DNA of 64,000 bases from the human T2T-CHM13v2.0 reference genome, Homo sapiens, in assembly GCF_009914755.1 (NCBI RefSeq), contig NC_060939.1; one strand, given 5' to 3'. Both the position numbers and the translations under genes were made by a program. Shown here piece by piece: positions 1 through 14,200 of this stretch. Under the pieces are notes generated by a model. The model did not search any database. It worked only from the letters and a program-made list of their open reading frames with translations, and was not told the DNA's origin. Position 1 is the first letter of the stretch, and each line of letters starts with the position of its first letter.

Positions 1-24
1 CAAGCTTTTGACTGAATCAAAGCT

Positions 25-402
25 CAGTGGTTTTAAAGTGGAGTTGGGCAGAGCCTAGGCTTTTTGTGAGGGTGCTTAGGTGTCACTATGAAGGCCAGAC
101 GAGGGAGAGGGTGAGTGTGAGTTGAGTGAGTGAGACCGGAGCTTCAGCCAAAACAGCTATACTTTTGTCTATGTATATGCATATGTCTATATGTGTATAT
201 GTATGTATGTGTATGTGTACATGTATATGATATGCGTGGATACATGCTCATGTATATGCACTTGTGCATGTATTTGCATATGTATTTGTATATGCATTTG
301 TATGTGTATGTGTATATGCATGTATATTTATATTAAATAGTGGGTAACTTTTCATTTCCCAGCAGGTTCAGATGCTTTAGAAACATAGTTTGAGATTCAC
401 TG
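25..402. mobile_element. Degenerate hAT-Charlie-type non-autonomous DNA transposon with an internal TG/TA-rich tract
   Basis: Starts CAGTGGTTTTAAAGTG, ends TTTGAGATTCACTG (imperfect Charlie-like terminal inverted repeats); right flank CTTTAGGA resembles the NTCTAGAN target. Confidence 0.45.
168..332. repeat. (TATG/TG)n low-complexity microsatellite
   Basis: Degenerate tatgtatatg/tgtgtatatg units; source of ORF 130..336. Confidence 0.9.
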
Positions 403-1597
403 CTTTAGGACCACATACTCATGATGAAAGACAAAAACGAAAAATAAACAGAGTCAGGGAGATTAAATCTATAACCAAAGACAACATGAGTATTTAATGT
501 CAGCTACTCAAGCTCCAGTTTCCCCCTTCTGGTGAAAGGCTTGTTCCCTGGGGTCTTCTCTCTCAAAGGTCAGCGGCAGGAACTCCTTGGGGACTGGATG
601 AGTAACTGGCATCTTTCAGTCCTGGGGTTGGGCTGTGCCTGTGGCTCTGAAACTCAGAAACTCCTCAGCCTGTGACCTCATGGGCTGGATCTGGCCCTGG
701 CTCTGCCACTCAGACTCCGTGACATCTCCTCAATCCCTTCCCGCTGCAGCAGAGTGGCTACTGTGCTGCTCTCCAGCCAGCCTGGGGACTACCGTCTCTT
801 AGGGCTTCACTCTAGGACGCACCTTTTATTCTCTGGATAGTTTTTATGACTTTGTTTGTTATTTACAGGCCAAGTTCAGTGGCCCCTGTAAACACAGTCA
901 CAATCTGCAACCGTGCTCTTAATTATGATCTTATTAAGAAATAGATTCCCACACAACTGGCACAAGGATGCCAGAAGCCAATATTTCTAATTCATAAATG
1001 TTTAGACTTATTTTCTCTCACCAAAATGTGCCTCTGAAAGCCTCAAGAGAAGAGGAAATAAAGAAATAAAAGTGAAAAAAGCAACCAGCAATAAGGATGA
1101 TTCTGTTACTTCAACTATGCCTAAGACAGCCTGACCTTTAGCTGGAAATGGCCAGTCCCTTCTGGACTGTTAGGCAGAGAACTAAAAGTCAGGGGCTTCA
1201 TGAAGAGGGTGGAGATGAAGTGAGGCTCGCCAAGGCCTGCCTGCCGTCCCATCGCTCTGAGGTGATGGGAGGTTCTATCCTGTTTCAGAAATTAGCACAC
1301 TGAGCCTTTGCAACCCTGTAGGTCTCTCCTAGATTGCAGCCTGTCAGATGGTGTCCCTCAAGTGGCCCTACCTTCTTAATGTGAAGAGCAGCACTCAGGC
1401 AATATGACTTCCTCCAGCTTCAAAGGCAAACAAAACTTCAAAGGCTGATGCAGCCTTTCTTTTTCTTTACAGCAGATCACTAACAGAGCCTTTTGTACAT
1501 TGCAAACATTTGTAAATATATATTAATATTTGTTCTAGTCCTGACCTGAACAGAACTTTTTGCATGATGAAATGCATAAACCTCATCCTAGAAATAA

Positions 1598-2255
<658 letters not shown>

Positions 2256-2589
2256 CATAAAGTATTTCAATGGGCTAAGAATTCTTCCAAACCTCAGCTG
2301 AACACCTGCTCTGCTGATTCCTGACAACTCCAGCTGGGTCCCCAGGACTAGACAAAGATTTCAAGCTTCCTTTAGCAGCTATGTTGCTCTTTGCACCCAT
2401 GCCTGCAACTCTTTAATCTTTTTTTTTCTGTAAAGTTTTCTAATGTCAGTCTTTGAATTAGCTTTCTAGAGATCTGGAAGATCCCTTGCACCATGAATAG
2501 CTAAAGTTAAAAGAAATGTATAACATAGTTGAAAAGGAATGGAAGGCGTAGTAGATGTAGATTGAATTTTCCCTGATGTTTATAATTAT

Positions 2590-2760
2590 TTGCAATTACT
2601 CATGTCATTTTCATCCTTTTACAAGATCATGGCCCCGTTTCATAGGGGAGAAAGCTAAGGGTAAGAAGGTAAAGGGATCTGTCCAAAAGCTGACAACTAA
2701 CCCACTAAAGGCTCAAGGTCTTACTTAGACTCCATTTATTTTCTAAACCAAATGTTTCTG
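2590..2760 (-). mobile_element. MIR fragment
   Basis: ccccgtttcataggggagaaagctaagggtaagaaggtaaagggatctgtccaaa resembles antisense MIR core. Confidence 0.5.
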
Positions 2761-4536
2761 CTCTTTCCCTCACATCACAAGGGCATGCAGAAGGATGCTT
2801 ATAAATCACCACTGACTGCTGGGGTGGAAAGGAGAAACGAGTGCACAGACCAACATGCAGATTCACCTGCAAACACTGTACACACCTGTCCTGGAACTCT
2901 CTCCTTGCTCTGGAGCCAAGGATAATACAGAGAGGACAAACACTGAGGTTTTAGTTCCAGGCACCTCTGTGCCTGGAGACAGGCAGCACCTTAAAAACAC
3001 ATGATGAGGCAATTTGAATGTGAAACATCAGGGTGCTTTCCCTAAAGCATCCTTCATGTTCCATCAGCAATTGTTCTGTGGGTGTAATCAGTTTATGTTT
3101 TCTTCTGCTCTTTCCACAGTCTCTCCAGATATGTCTTCCTCCCTCTGTAAGGGAACATGAGAAGCGTTGCCAGTTTAAAAAAAATTGTTAATAAACATAC
3201 AACTTGCATGTGCTTGCTTGAGATGCCCATTACTGAAGAATTGGCTCTAGAAATTCTAGAATAGGAGCACTGATACAATTATGAAACTGATCCTCCCAAG
3301 CAAAATACTCTAACTTTTTGTTAACAGAAGAAAAAGGCTTTGAGCCAGCTTTCAAAATCTTTTCAGTTTGTGCCTTTGAACTTTATGGTGAGGGTGGGGA
3401 AGAGCAAAATCTACTAGTCAAGCAGAGACCTTGTCTGCTTTCCTTCCACAGTCTCAGAAACTGGGTAGAAATTAACTGCCTTTAAAGACAAGAGGCAATT
3501 GCAATTCCATGAGCACCAGCCTTACATCCCCATCATTTGTGTGCTGAGAAAGGTGACAGCAGCCTTCCAGGGCCTTGGTATTCAGATTGGCAAACTCCAC
3601 AGCAGGAATGCTGAATGAGGCAGAACTTTCTCGGAAAAGTGTTGAATCAGTACATTTCGATGGAACAGCCCCCAGAGGCATAATATTTAGTGATTTCAGC
3701 CTACATTATTTATTGACTCATCAGGAGTTTGTGGGTTTAACATTTTATTAATATGGCACCAGGTCATCTGAGAAAGTGGTAGCCATAGGAAATCTTCCCA
3801 GAAGCACATTTTCATATTATAAACAGTGCCCTTCGAGGACTAAACAGAGTCCCCACTGTGTCTCTGGGGAGAGATAGAAAATGCCACATCTTCTACAAGC
3901 CATCTCTCTCTAAGGAAGTCAAATGGCAGTGAGTAAAATCCATACCTACTTTAATTCTTTTGTTGATAATCTTGTAGTCCTTATTCTGTGACTTCAGATT
4001 TGTACAGATCTGGGGCAGCTGCAATCTCTAGGACCTAAGGTAGATTTGGGTACTTAAATGAGTCCCTGCTGTTTCATTTGTTAAGTGACCCCCAGATGTC
4101 TGGCATCAAAGAAAACTTTCAGTATTGAGAATGTGGAATCAAGATCAAACAAAATCCATATCCAAGGGAATTTGAAAAGGGAATCAATCTATAGTATCAA
4201 GTTTCAATAAGATACAATTTAGCCATTTTCCAAACAAAAGGAAAACTCAATACTCATGATTTTTCTCTCCTATATTACATTACATACTATTTTAAGATAA
4301 TCACAAATACAGAACAAACTACCATCCGATATTCTTCTTAAAGAGATTGATAGGGATTTGGCCTAGAGATTTGGTTTGGTTTAATCTCAATGATTAATAT
4401 TTCTATAAGTTTATATTGATTGATATTACAACATTTCAAAATGCCATTTAAGAGCTCAAACAAGAAATAAAGTTGTTAAGAATACTTTTACTGTGTTAGT
4501 TAGACATTGATAAGATAGATAGACAGGTAGAATATA

Positions 4537-4922
4537 TAGTCATGTACCACATAACAACATTTCAACCAACAATGGACCACATATATGATGGCGGTCCCAT
4601 AATATTATAATGGAGCATATATAGAAACCTAACTTATGGCACTTGTTATAGGCATTGCAGATCAAGTAGGGGAAATGACTGATATTTAGTAATGATGCTG
4701 GGACATTTGGTTTTCCATGTAAAAAATATATATAAAATAAGTATATAATATTATAAATATATAAGTATATAATATTATAAATATATATAATATACATATA
4801 ATAATATGCATATACATCATCTAGGTTTGTGTAAGTACACTCTATGACATTCACACAATGACAAAATTGCCTAACGTTGCATTTATCAGAATGTCTCCTC
4901 ATCATTAAATAATGCAGGACTG
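4537..4922 (+). mobile_element. Tigger3a/MER7-type MITE
   Basis: Ends tagtcatgtaccacataacaac and cattaaataatgcaggactg followed by TA; internal ctaggtttgtgtaagtacactc also occurs (inverted) in the Tigger3b at 39124. Confidence 0.85.
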
Positions 4923-4967
4923 TATATAAACATACAGACATATAGCATGCGTGACAACTTTCTCATG

Positions 4968-5183
4968 CATGGCTGAGAACAGGGCTCTGGAGCCAGATTT
5001 TAAAATTCAATTCCTGGCTCCTCCAGCTGTGTGGCCTTGCCTAGGATGACTTGCCTTCCCATTTTGAGCCTCAGTTTCCTCATTTGTAAACTGGAGGTAT
5101 TTCTAGCACCTACTTTGTATGTCTGTAAGAGCTAGCACAGTACCTGACACATGGTAAGTGCTAAATAAGTGTTGACAATTATT
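4968..5183 (+). mobile_element. MIR
   Basis: agggctctggagccaga ... gcctcagtttcctcatttgtaaa ... cacagtacctgacacatggtaagtgctaaataagtgtt. Confidence 0.85.
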
Positions 5184-5310
5184 TCTATGTGTTTATTTTA
5201 TTATCAATTCTTTTTTGGACCTCAGGTGCACAGGACATCAAGCATACCACTCAGATCAAGGCTCCTTATTAACTTGAGAACAGCCTCTCTTTCATTTTAT
5301 GTTTTGTTCC

Positions 5311-5754
5311 TGTATTATTCTGTTCTCCCATTGCTATGAAGAAATACCTGAGGCTGGGTAATTTATAAAGAAAAGTGGTTTAATTGGCTCACCGTTCTGC
5401 AGGCTGTGCAGAAGGCATGATGCTGAGTACATAGCTGAGCATCTGCTCAGCTCCCAGGGGAGCCTAAGACAACTTAAAATCATGGCAGGAGGTGAAGGGG
5501 GAGCAGGCACATCACATGACCAGAGCAGGAAGAAGAGAGAGAGAGTGAAGGGGGAGGTGCCATACACTTTTCAACAACCAGATCTTGCAAGTACTCACTC
5601 ACTGTCATAGGGACAGCACCAAGGGGAGAGTGCTAAACCATTCATGAGCAACCACCCCCATGATCCAATCACGTTCCTGCAGGCCTCACCTCCAACATTG
5701 GGAATTACAGTTCGACATGAGGTTTGGGCAGAGACACAGATCCAAACCTTATCA
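5311..5754 (-). mobile_element. MST (MSTA/MSTB) solo LTR, ERVL-MaLR
   Basis: TGTATT...ATCA termini, aaatacctgaggctgggtaatttataaagaaaag; near-matching 5-bp flanks GTTCC/GTCCC. Confidence 0.9.
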
Positions 5755-6020
5755 GTCCCCATCTCCTGCTTCATTCTACCCCTGAGCACAGGTTTCATTT
5801 TAATTTAATTTAATGTAATAGTTGGCATGCATTCTTTCCTTGTAGATGACATCATAAAATGTGTAGACCTGTTTTGTATGCATACATTTTAAATTACGTA
5901 AATGCAATTTTGCTTCTTCCTTTTTCCCTCAGATAAGTGTTTTTAAGATATCCTTGTTGCTGTGTGCACACCTTGTCAGTATCATGCATTCACCATATTT
6001 TACATGTCTATTACCACAGT

Positions 6021-6437
6021 TGTTGGTTGAATTGTGTCCCGCCAAAAATATGTTGAAGCCATAACTCGATATAATTAAACTAAGATGAGTTTTTATTGTA
6101 TTAAAATCTAAATCCTAAATCCCTAAATCCAAAAACTTTTGTTCTTATAAGATGAGAGAAATCTGAAGACATAAACAGGAAAGAAGGCCATGTAAACATG
6201 GAGGCAGATTGGAGTCATGGTGCTACAAAGCAGGGAATGTTAAGGATGGCTTTCAACCATCAAGAATTGGAGGAGGCAAGAAATAATTCTTCCCTAGGAA
6301 CTTCAGAGGGAGCATGGACCTGCCAACAATTTGATTTCAGACTTCTCATCTTTAGAACTGAGAGATAATAAATTTATTTTGTTTTAAGCCACTCAATTCA
6401 AGACAGCTTGTCATAGCAGCCCTAGAAAACTAGTACA
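6021..6437 (+). mobile_element. MLT1 (MLT1C-like) solo LTR
   Basis: tgttggttgaattgtgtccc ... ttcagagggagcatggacctgccaac ... tagcagccctagaaaactagtaca. Confidence 0.85.
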
Positions 6438-6439
6438 AA

Positions 6440-9000
6440 GTCTCCAACCATTTTTGTAGTAGAACTATCTATTTCTTCCCTTAATTCTGTCAATATTTGT
6501 TTCATATCTTTTGGGGCTCTATTGTTTGGTACATATGTATTTACAATTGTTATATCTCCTTGGTGAACTGATCTTTTAAATCAATATTTAATACCTTTTT
6601 TGTCTCTTGCAACAATTTTTGAATCAAAGTCTATTTTATCAAATATTAGTGTAGCCACTCTAGCTCTATTTGCATGGACTATCTTCTTATATCCTTTCAT
6701 TTTCAACCTATAATATTTGTGTCTTTGGCTTTAAAATGAGTCTCTTTTAGACAGCATATAGTTGGACCATTTAAACAAAATCTATTCTGCCAGTCTCTGT
6801 CTTTTAACTAGTGAGTTCAATCGTTTGCCTTTAAAGTGACTACTGGTGATTTTTTAATTTAGTTCTTGCATGTCTTTTATCTCTTTGCTCACTGATAACC
6901 TCCAATACTGCTTTCTTTTGTGTTAGTTTGATTTTTTTTCTAGTTTGTCATTTTAATTCCCACCTCATTTCCTTTTATGTATATTTTTAGATATTTTCTT
7001 AGTGGTTACCATGGGGATTACATTTAAATCTGAAATTTAAAATAATCTAGTGTGAATTGATATCAAATTAGCTTCAAGAGCATATAAAAACTCTGTTCTT
7101 GTACAGTTCAGTATCCCCCTTTATGTTGTCACAAATAACATTTTTATACATTGCATGATTATTAACACAAAGTTAAAAGTACTATTTATGCATTTGTTTT
7201 TAAAATAAAATAGTATATAAAAAGAGGAGTTATACATCAAAAATTTAATAATACTGGCTTATGTATTTACCTGTATAGTTACCTTTACCAGAGCTCTTAT
7301 TTCTTCATATGTGTTCAAATTCCTGTCTAGTTTCCTTTTATTTCAGCCTGAAGGATTCTATTCAGCATTTCTTAGAGGTCAGGCCTCCTAGTGATACACT
7401 TCCTCAGCTTTTGTTTATGTGGGAAAGTATTAATTTCTCATTTCATTGAGAATGATAGCTTGCTGGACATAGAATTCTTGGTTGACAGTTTTATTTTATT
7501 TTAAGCTCTTTAAATATGTCATCCCACTGCATTTTGCCCCCCACAATTTCTTATCCCTTAGGTTCTATAAATTTTTCTTTATTATTTTTTCTTTCTGCTC
7601 TCCAGACTGGATAATCTCAATTGTCCTAGCTTCAAATTCACTGATTCTCTCATGCCTGCTCAAATCTACTAGCGAACCTCTCTAGGTTAATTATTTGTTT
7701 CAGTTATCATGCTTTTCAGGCTCAGAATGTCTACTTCATTCATTTTTTATAATATCTATTGCTTTGTTGCTATTCTCTATTTTTTCATATGTAATTCTCC
7801 TGTTCACAGTTTCCTTTGTTCACGATTTACTTTAGCTCTTTGAGCATATTTTAGATAGTTAATTTAATTTCTTTGTTTAATGAATCCGATGTTAGGGCTT
7901 TATCATTGACGGTTTCTGTCTGTTTTTTCTTTGTTGTGTGTGAATAGGCCATACTTTCCTCTTTTGTATGCCTTTGATGTTTGTTGTTGATGTTGAAAAC
8001 TTGACGCTGTGAATATTATAATATTGTAACTATGATAATCAGATCCTTCCCCCTCCCCACGGTTTGTTGATGGTGATAGTAAAGAACTGCATTCTGTTTT
8101 TTTATTTTTGCAAAGTATTTTTATGAAGACCGCATTCTTTATTGTACATAGTCTTGCAATCTGTTTCATTATTTCCTCATTTGACCTGTGACCTGATAGA
8201 GATTTCCTTAAATGCCTGGAGCCAAAACAAAAAACAACAAAAAAAAGATTTTGGTCTTTTCATATTGGCCCTGAGCTGGTACAATACTTTATTGTTTAGA
8301 CAGCCCACCTATAACTCAGCCTTAGCTTTCATGAAGCTCCATGCCCAAAGATACCCAGAGTTGCAAGTCTAGGGCACTGTCAGTTCTTTTTATGAGAATG
8401 TATTTATCTTTGGGTGTAGACTTTACACTCCAGATTACTCATTATGTGCAGTGCCTTTACTTCCTCAAGAGTCTACCTCAGTAGCCACCTCATTCCCAGA
8501 CCTTTAGGACCATCTGGTATCTGCTCCGTCCTCCATCACTTGTCTTAGGTGGCTATGGGTAGCACTCCAAACACTTTCATGAGATGATACCTAAAAGGCT
8601 CCTCCAGCAGAAAGAGATGAAACAATGGTCAGCCTCTGTGCTGGTCTCTCAGGGAACTGCCACATAAGTCAAAACCTACAAATACAATTTATTTTCAGAA
8701 CAAGGTCTATATTCTGCCACCTACCACCCAGGCAGTGGCACCAGCAAGCCACATCATAAATTCATGTTGTGATTCCCAGGGCCACTGGTGATCTAGGGAA
8801 TCAAGAATTGTCTGTGGGTCAGAAAAAAGCCACAGTTTTTTCTTACTAAAATTCAGCTTTCTCTTTTTTCAATAGATATTCTCTGATTATTGTAAGTGTT
8901 GAATTAGATTGCAGAGTTTTAGTAAAAGTGGATTCTGCCAGTTTTTCTAAGATTAATGGTGGCTTCAGTGGAGGAACCAATTCTTGGAGCTCCCTACTTA
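6440..9000 (-). mobile_element. Old L1 (L1M; 5'UTR, ORF1 remnant, start of ORF2), decayed
   Basis: T-rich antisense L1: tttagacagcatatagttgg, cctcagcttttgttt, gctggacatagaattcttggttgacag. Confidence 0.8.
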
Positions 9001-9617
9001 ACTAGTCCTATCATGTAACCACACTCCTAATCTTTTAAAATGAAGAGCAGTAGAAATGAACAAAGGTAACATAAAATTTACTGGCTTTCTCATTTTTGAT
9101 TTCTCTAAAGTCTTACTATTTAAAGCAAAAATAATAACAGATTTTGTGTCTAAAGCATATGTAAAATTGTAGTGTATAAAAATAGTACATAGGTCAGAGG
9201 GAGGATTGGAGATATATATAGATATATAGAGAGAGATATATACACACACATACACAAACACATTCTTATAATATGTAATTTTAATTTTATTTTTCCCTTT
9301 ATTCTTATCATTGTATATGTAATGTTTTTGCAGCCCATTTTTTGCCACTTACTATGTGTTGAAGGACATGAACCAATCACAATATTTGTAATGACTTCAT
9401 GATAATCCCTCTGTGTGTCAGTGAAAATGTATTCACAGATAAAAGGCTCCTGACTAACTAATTTAAGCAGAGAAGGACTTTGCACAAGGCATTAAATTGC
9501 TTAATCCATGACAGGAGTGAGACAGCTGGATTTAATGTCTAGAAATGACACCCAAAGACAGCCTGCACCACTAAAAGCCCAGGAGAGTTGCTTCTTTGGA
9601 CTTAGCATTAGGCCACT

Positions 9618-9721
9618 TGTATTAGTCACAGTTCTCCTGAGAGTATTACACACATCTCTCTGTCTCTCTGTCGCTCTCTCTGTCTCTCTGTCTTTCTCTC
9701 TCTTTCTCTCTCTCTCTCTCT

Positions 9722-9756
<35 letters not shown>

Positions 9757-10272
9757 ATGGTTTCTGTTTTTTCTTTTCTGTGTGTGAATAGCCCATACTT
9801 TCCTCCTTTGTATGCCTTTCGATGTTTGTTGTTGTTTGCTATATATATATATATAGAGAGAGAGAGAAATACACATAAAATACACACACATATATGTGTG
9901 TGTGTGTATATAATATACAATATATTACATATGTTATATGTAATAAGGATTTGGCTTGCACAATTTTGGAAACTGGCAAGTTCAAAGTTCAAATCTGAAG
10001 TAAGATCCAGGAGAACGGATGGTACAGATGAAGCCCAAAAGCACTCTTTTGGAAAATTTTCCATTACTCAAGGTATGGTTTGCCTTTTGTTCTGTTCAGG
10101 AATTCAAATGATTCGATGAGGCCCAACTACATTATGGAGGGCAATACACTTTACCAATTGAAATGTTAAGTGTCATCTCCAAACACCCTCATAGAAACAC
10201 CCAGAATAATGTTTAACCAAATATCTGGGCACCCTATGGCCCAGTTAAGTTGATACAAAATTAATCATCATA
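9618..10272 (-). mobile_element. MLT2 LTR (3' LTR of the ERV-L provirus) with expanded internal microsatellite
   Basis: tgtattagtc... and cacccagaataatgtttaaccaaatatctgggcacc...ccagttaagttgatacaaaattaatcatca; purine-rich gttgacaaggga just upstream on the minus strand. Confidence 0.88.
9655..9910. repeat. Compound (CT)n-(TA)n-[insert]-(TA)n-(GA)n-(CA/TG)n microsatellite
   Basis: Directly visible; source of ORFs 9501..10064 and 9508..10119. Confidence 0.9.
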
Positions 10273-10500
10273 AGCATCCCTTGTCAACTTGACAACCATG
10301 CACATCTTGAAGAGATAATAACAAGGTCATTCTTCTGCCTAACATGGTGCAAACATCCTGTGTACAACCAAAAACACATGAAATATTTCCCCAGAAAAAT
10401 AAGCAAAATAATCGGATGATGTTTATATTTTTCGTTTATATCCCAAAACTTAAATATCATGTTGTAAAATGACAATATTTAACTACTATGAAAGAAAGTC

Positions 10501-11281
<781 letters not shown>

Positions 11282-14200
11282 TCATGTGGTCGTAGCTGGT
11301 GTTTATAGCTACCTTCCTCCACTACCCATTCTGTATTACTTTGCCTTCAGCAAGCACCTCAACTGGTTGTAGCTCTTTTTTGGGGGGGATGACTCAAACA
11401 TTCATTCCTGGAGAGTCATCTGAAACATTAGATTGGGTTGTAGTTTTCTTCTGATTTTAATCACAGGGCATGGTAATACTAAGAGATTCCCTAAGGGATC
11501 TTCTGAATTCTAGATATACTTTTCCTTACCTCCATTGTGGAGTAGCAGTCTAATTTCTCCTTGATAATCCAGCCAGACCAGTATCAATCATTCCAGCCAG
11601 CATGATAACTTTCTTTGGCAGTTAATTTAGAGGCATGAGGAGCCCCAGATGACTGGGTGGCACTCTTAACTTCAGGTTCAATGGAATCATTTTGTTTCCT
11701 GGTGGAAGTATTCCTCCCTTTGGAACTAAGACCCCTAGCCCAGCAGAGTATAAAGTCATGGGAACAGGAAGCAAACATTCCGCTAGTGGTCAACAGGGGT
11801 AATGGTGAGTTGTGTCACTCCCATATCTACCCCTTGATTCTTGGACCTATGCATTTGGCCATGGGAGAAACAGAACCATATATTAGACACTGATTTAAAG
11901 CATATTCAGCCTTTTGGAGAACTTTGTCCCAGCCATGCAAGGTATTGCCATCTAGCTGACTCTGTGACTGAGTCTTCAAAGAGCCATTCCACTATCTTAC
12001 CAAGCCTGCTTTTGTAGCATGGTGGGGAACATAGAAAGGCCAATGAATTCCATGAGCATGAGCCCGTTGCTGCACTTTGTTTGTTGTGAAGTGAGTTCCT
12101 TGATCAGCAACAATGCTGTGTGGAATAACATAACAGTGACTAATGCATTCTGTAAGTCCACAGATTGTAGTCTTAGTAGAAGCATTGCATGCAAGGAAGG
12201 AAAATACATATTCAGGGTAAGTGCCTTGTCTAGTAGAAACAAAACCCTGCTTTTCCCATAATGGAAGCAATAGAATGTAATCAACCCGCCCCAGGTTACT
12301 GACTGATCATCTCGAAGAATGATCCTGTATCAAGTAATCAGTGCTGTTTCTTCTGCTGACTGATTGAGCATTCAACAGTGGCCATAGTCAGGTCAACCTT
12401 GGTGAGTGGAAGTCCGTGTTGCTAAGCCCATGCATAATCCCCATCTTTGCCACAATGGCAAAGAGCCCATTGGACTATGACAAATGTGGATGGGGAAAGA
12501 AACTGACTGTATCCACAGAATGAGTCATTCTATCCATTTTATTACTAAAATCTTGGTAAGCATTCACATGGGACACAGATATCTTCATGTTTTTCTCCCA
12601 TTCAAAGAGGTCTACTCTCATACCTCTTCTCCATACTTCGTTTTCACCAATACTCCTATATTGTTCCTTCTAAGGACATGACCATTAAGCCAAACCATTT
12701 GCCACAGCTCATAAATCAGTATAGAATCTCATTGCTGGCCATTTCTCATTGTAAATAAAGTGAACAACCAGGTGTGCTGCTTGAAGTTTTGCCCATGGAG
12801 AGGATTTTTTCTTTATCAGTGTTCTTCAGGAATGATCCAGAGAGGGTCGCAGTGCTGCAGCTGTCCACTTTTCGGTAGTGTCTGCATATGCTGCAGAACT
12901 ATCTGTAAACCAGGCTTGAGATTCTTTTCCTCTACAATTGATCATAGGGAACTCTCCATGAGGCCATAGGTTCAGGCTTCTACGGAAGGCATGGACATTT
13001 GTGTCATTTCTTCATGTAACTTAACTGTGCCATTAGGGCCTGCTCAAGCTCAATCTTACATATACTACTTCCATTTGATGATAGATTGTTACTGTGCACA
13101 TCTACCTCTTGAGTTGGTGGGTAAGAAAATACCCAGCTCATAATGGCCAACTCAGCTTGCATGGTAATTTGATGGACCAGGATTAGGTGTTCAGGCTCTA
13201 AAAGGGCCCAGGAATAGGCCAAAAGCTGTTCCTCAGAAAGACAGTAGTTATTCACAGGGGATGGCAGATCCTTTCTCCAGAGTCCTATGTCTGCACTGCG
13301 ATTCACTTAAAAGGGCCTGCCAAAGGCTCCACACAGCACTTCTCCCTGCCACTGACACTTCAAGTACCATTGGATCTGATGGCTCATGTGGCTCAAGGGG
13401 CACAGCAGCTGCACAGTAATGTAGGCCTTTTGCAGAACCTTCTCTTTTCTAGGCTCCACTCAAAACTCGCAGCTTTTTAGTTCACTTTGTAAATGGGTTG
13501 GACCTGAATGAGGAATACGTTGCCTCCAAAATACTAAGAGGCCTCTAGGCCTTGAGCCTCTTTCTTGGTTATAGGAGGGACGGGATGTTGCAACTCTCTT
13601 TCACCTTACAAGGGATATTTTGACACACCCCACAGCACTAGGCCCCTAGAAACTTCACTGAGGTAGAATGCCCTTGCATTTTAGTTGGATTTATTTCCTA
13701 CCCTCTGACATGCAAATGTCTTACCAATAAGTTCAGAGTGGTTGCTACTTCACACTCACTAGGTTAAATCAGTATAATGTCATTAAGATAATGGACCAGC
13801 GTGGTATCTGGTGGAAGGAAAAGGCCTCAAGTTCTGTATGAACTGAATTTATGACACAGGGCTGGAGAGCTGATATACCCTTGGGATAGGACACTCAATT
13901 TGTATTGTTGGCCTTGCAGGTTGAAAGCAAACTGCTTCTAATGGCCTTTCGAAACAGATACAGAAAAAAAAAGGCATTTGCCAGATCTCAGATACCAGGT
14001 ACCAGGGGATGTGTTAATTTGCTTAAGTAATGAAACCACATCTGCTAAAGCAGCTACAATTAAAGTTAATACTTGATTAAGCTCATGAATCCACTGTCAT
14101 TCTCTAAGGTCCATCTGTCTTCTGCACAGTCCAAATAGCACAATTGAATGTGGATATGGTAGCAACTGCCACGCCTGCATCTTTCAAAGTCCTTGAGAGT

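Noticed and set aside
9501-10119. 187- and 203-aa ORFs
   Set aside because: Open because they run through dinucleotide repeats in an LTR.
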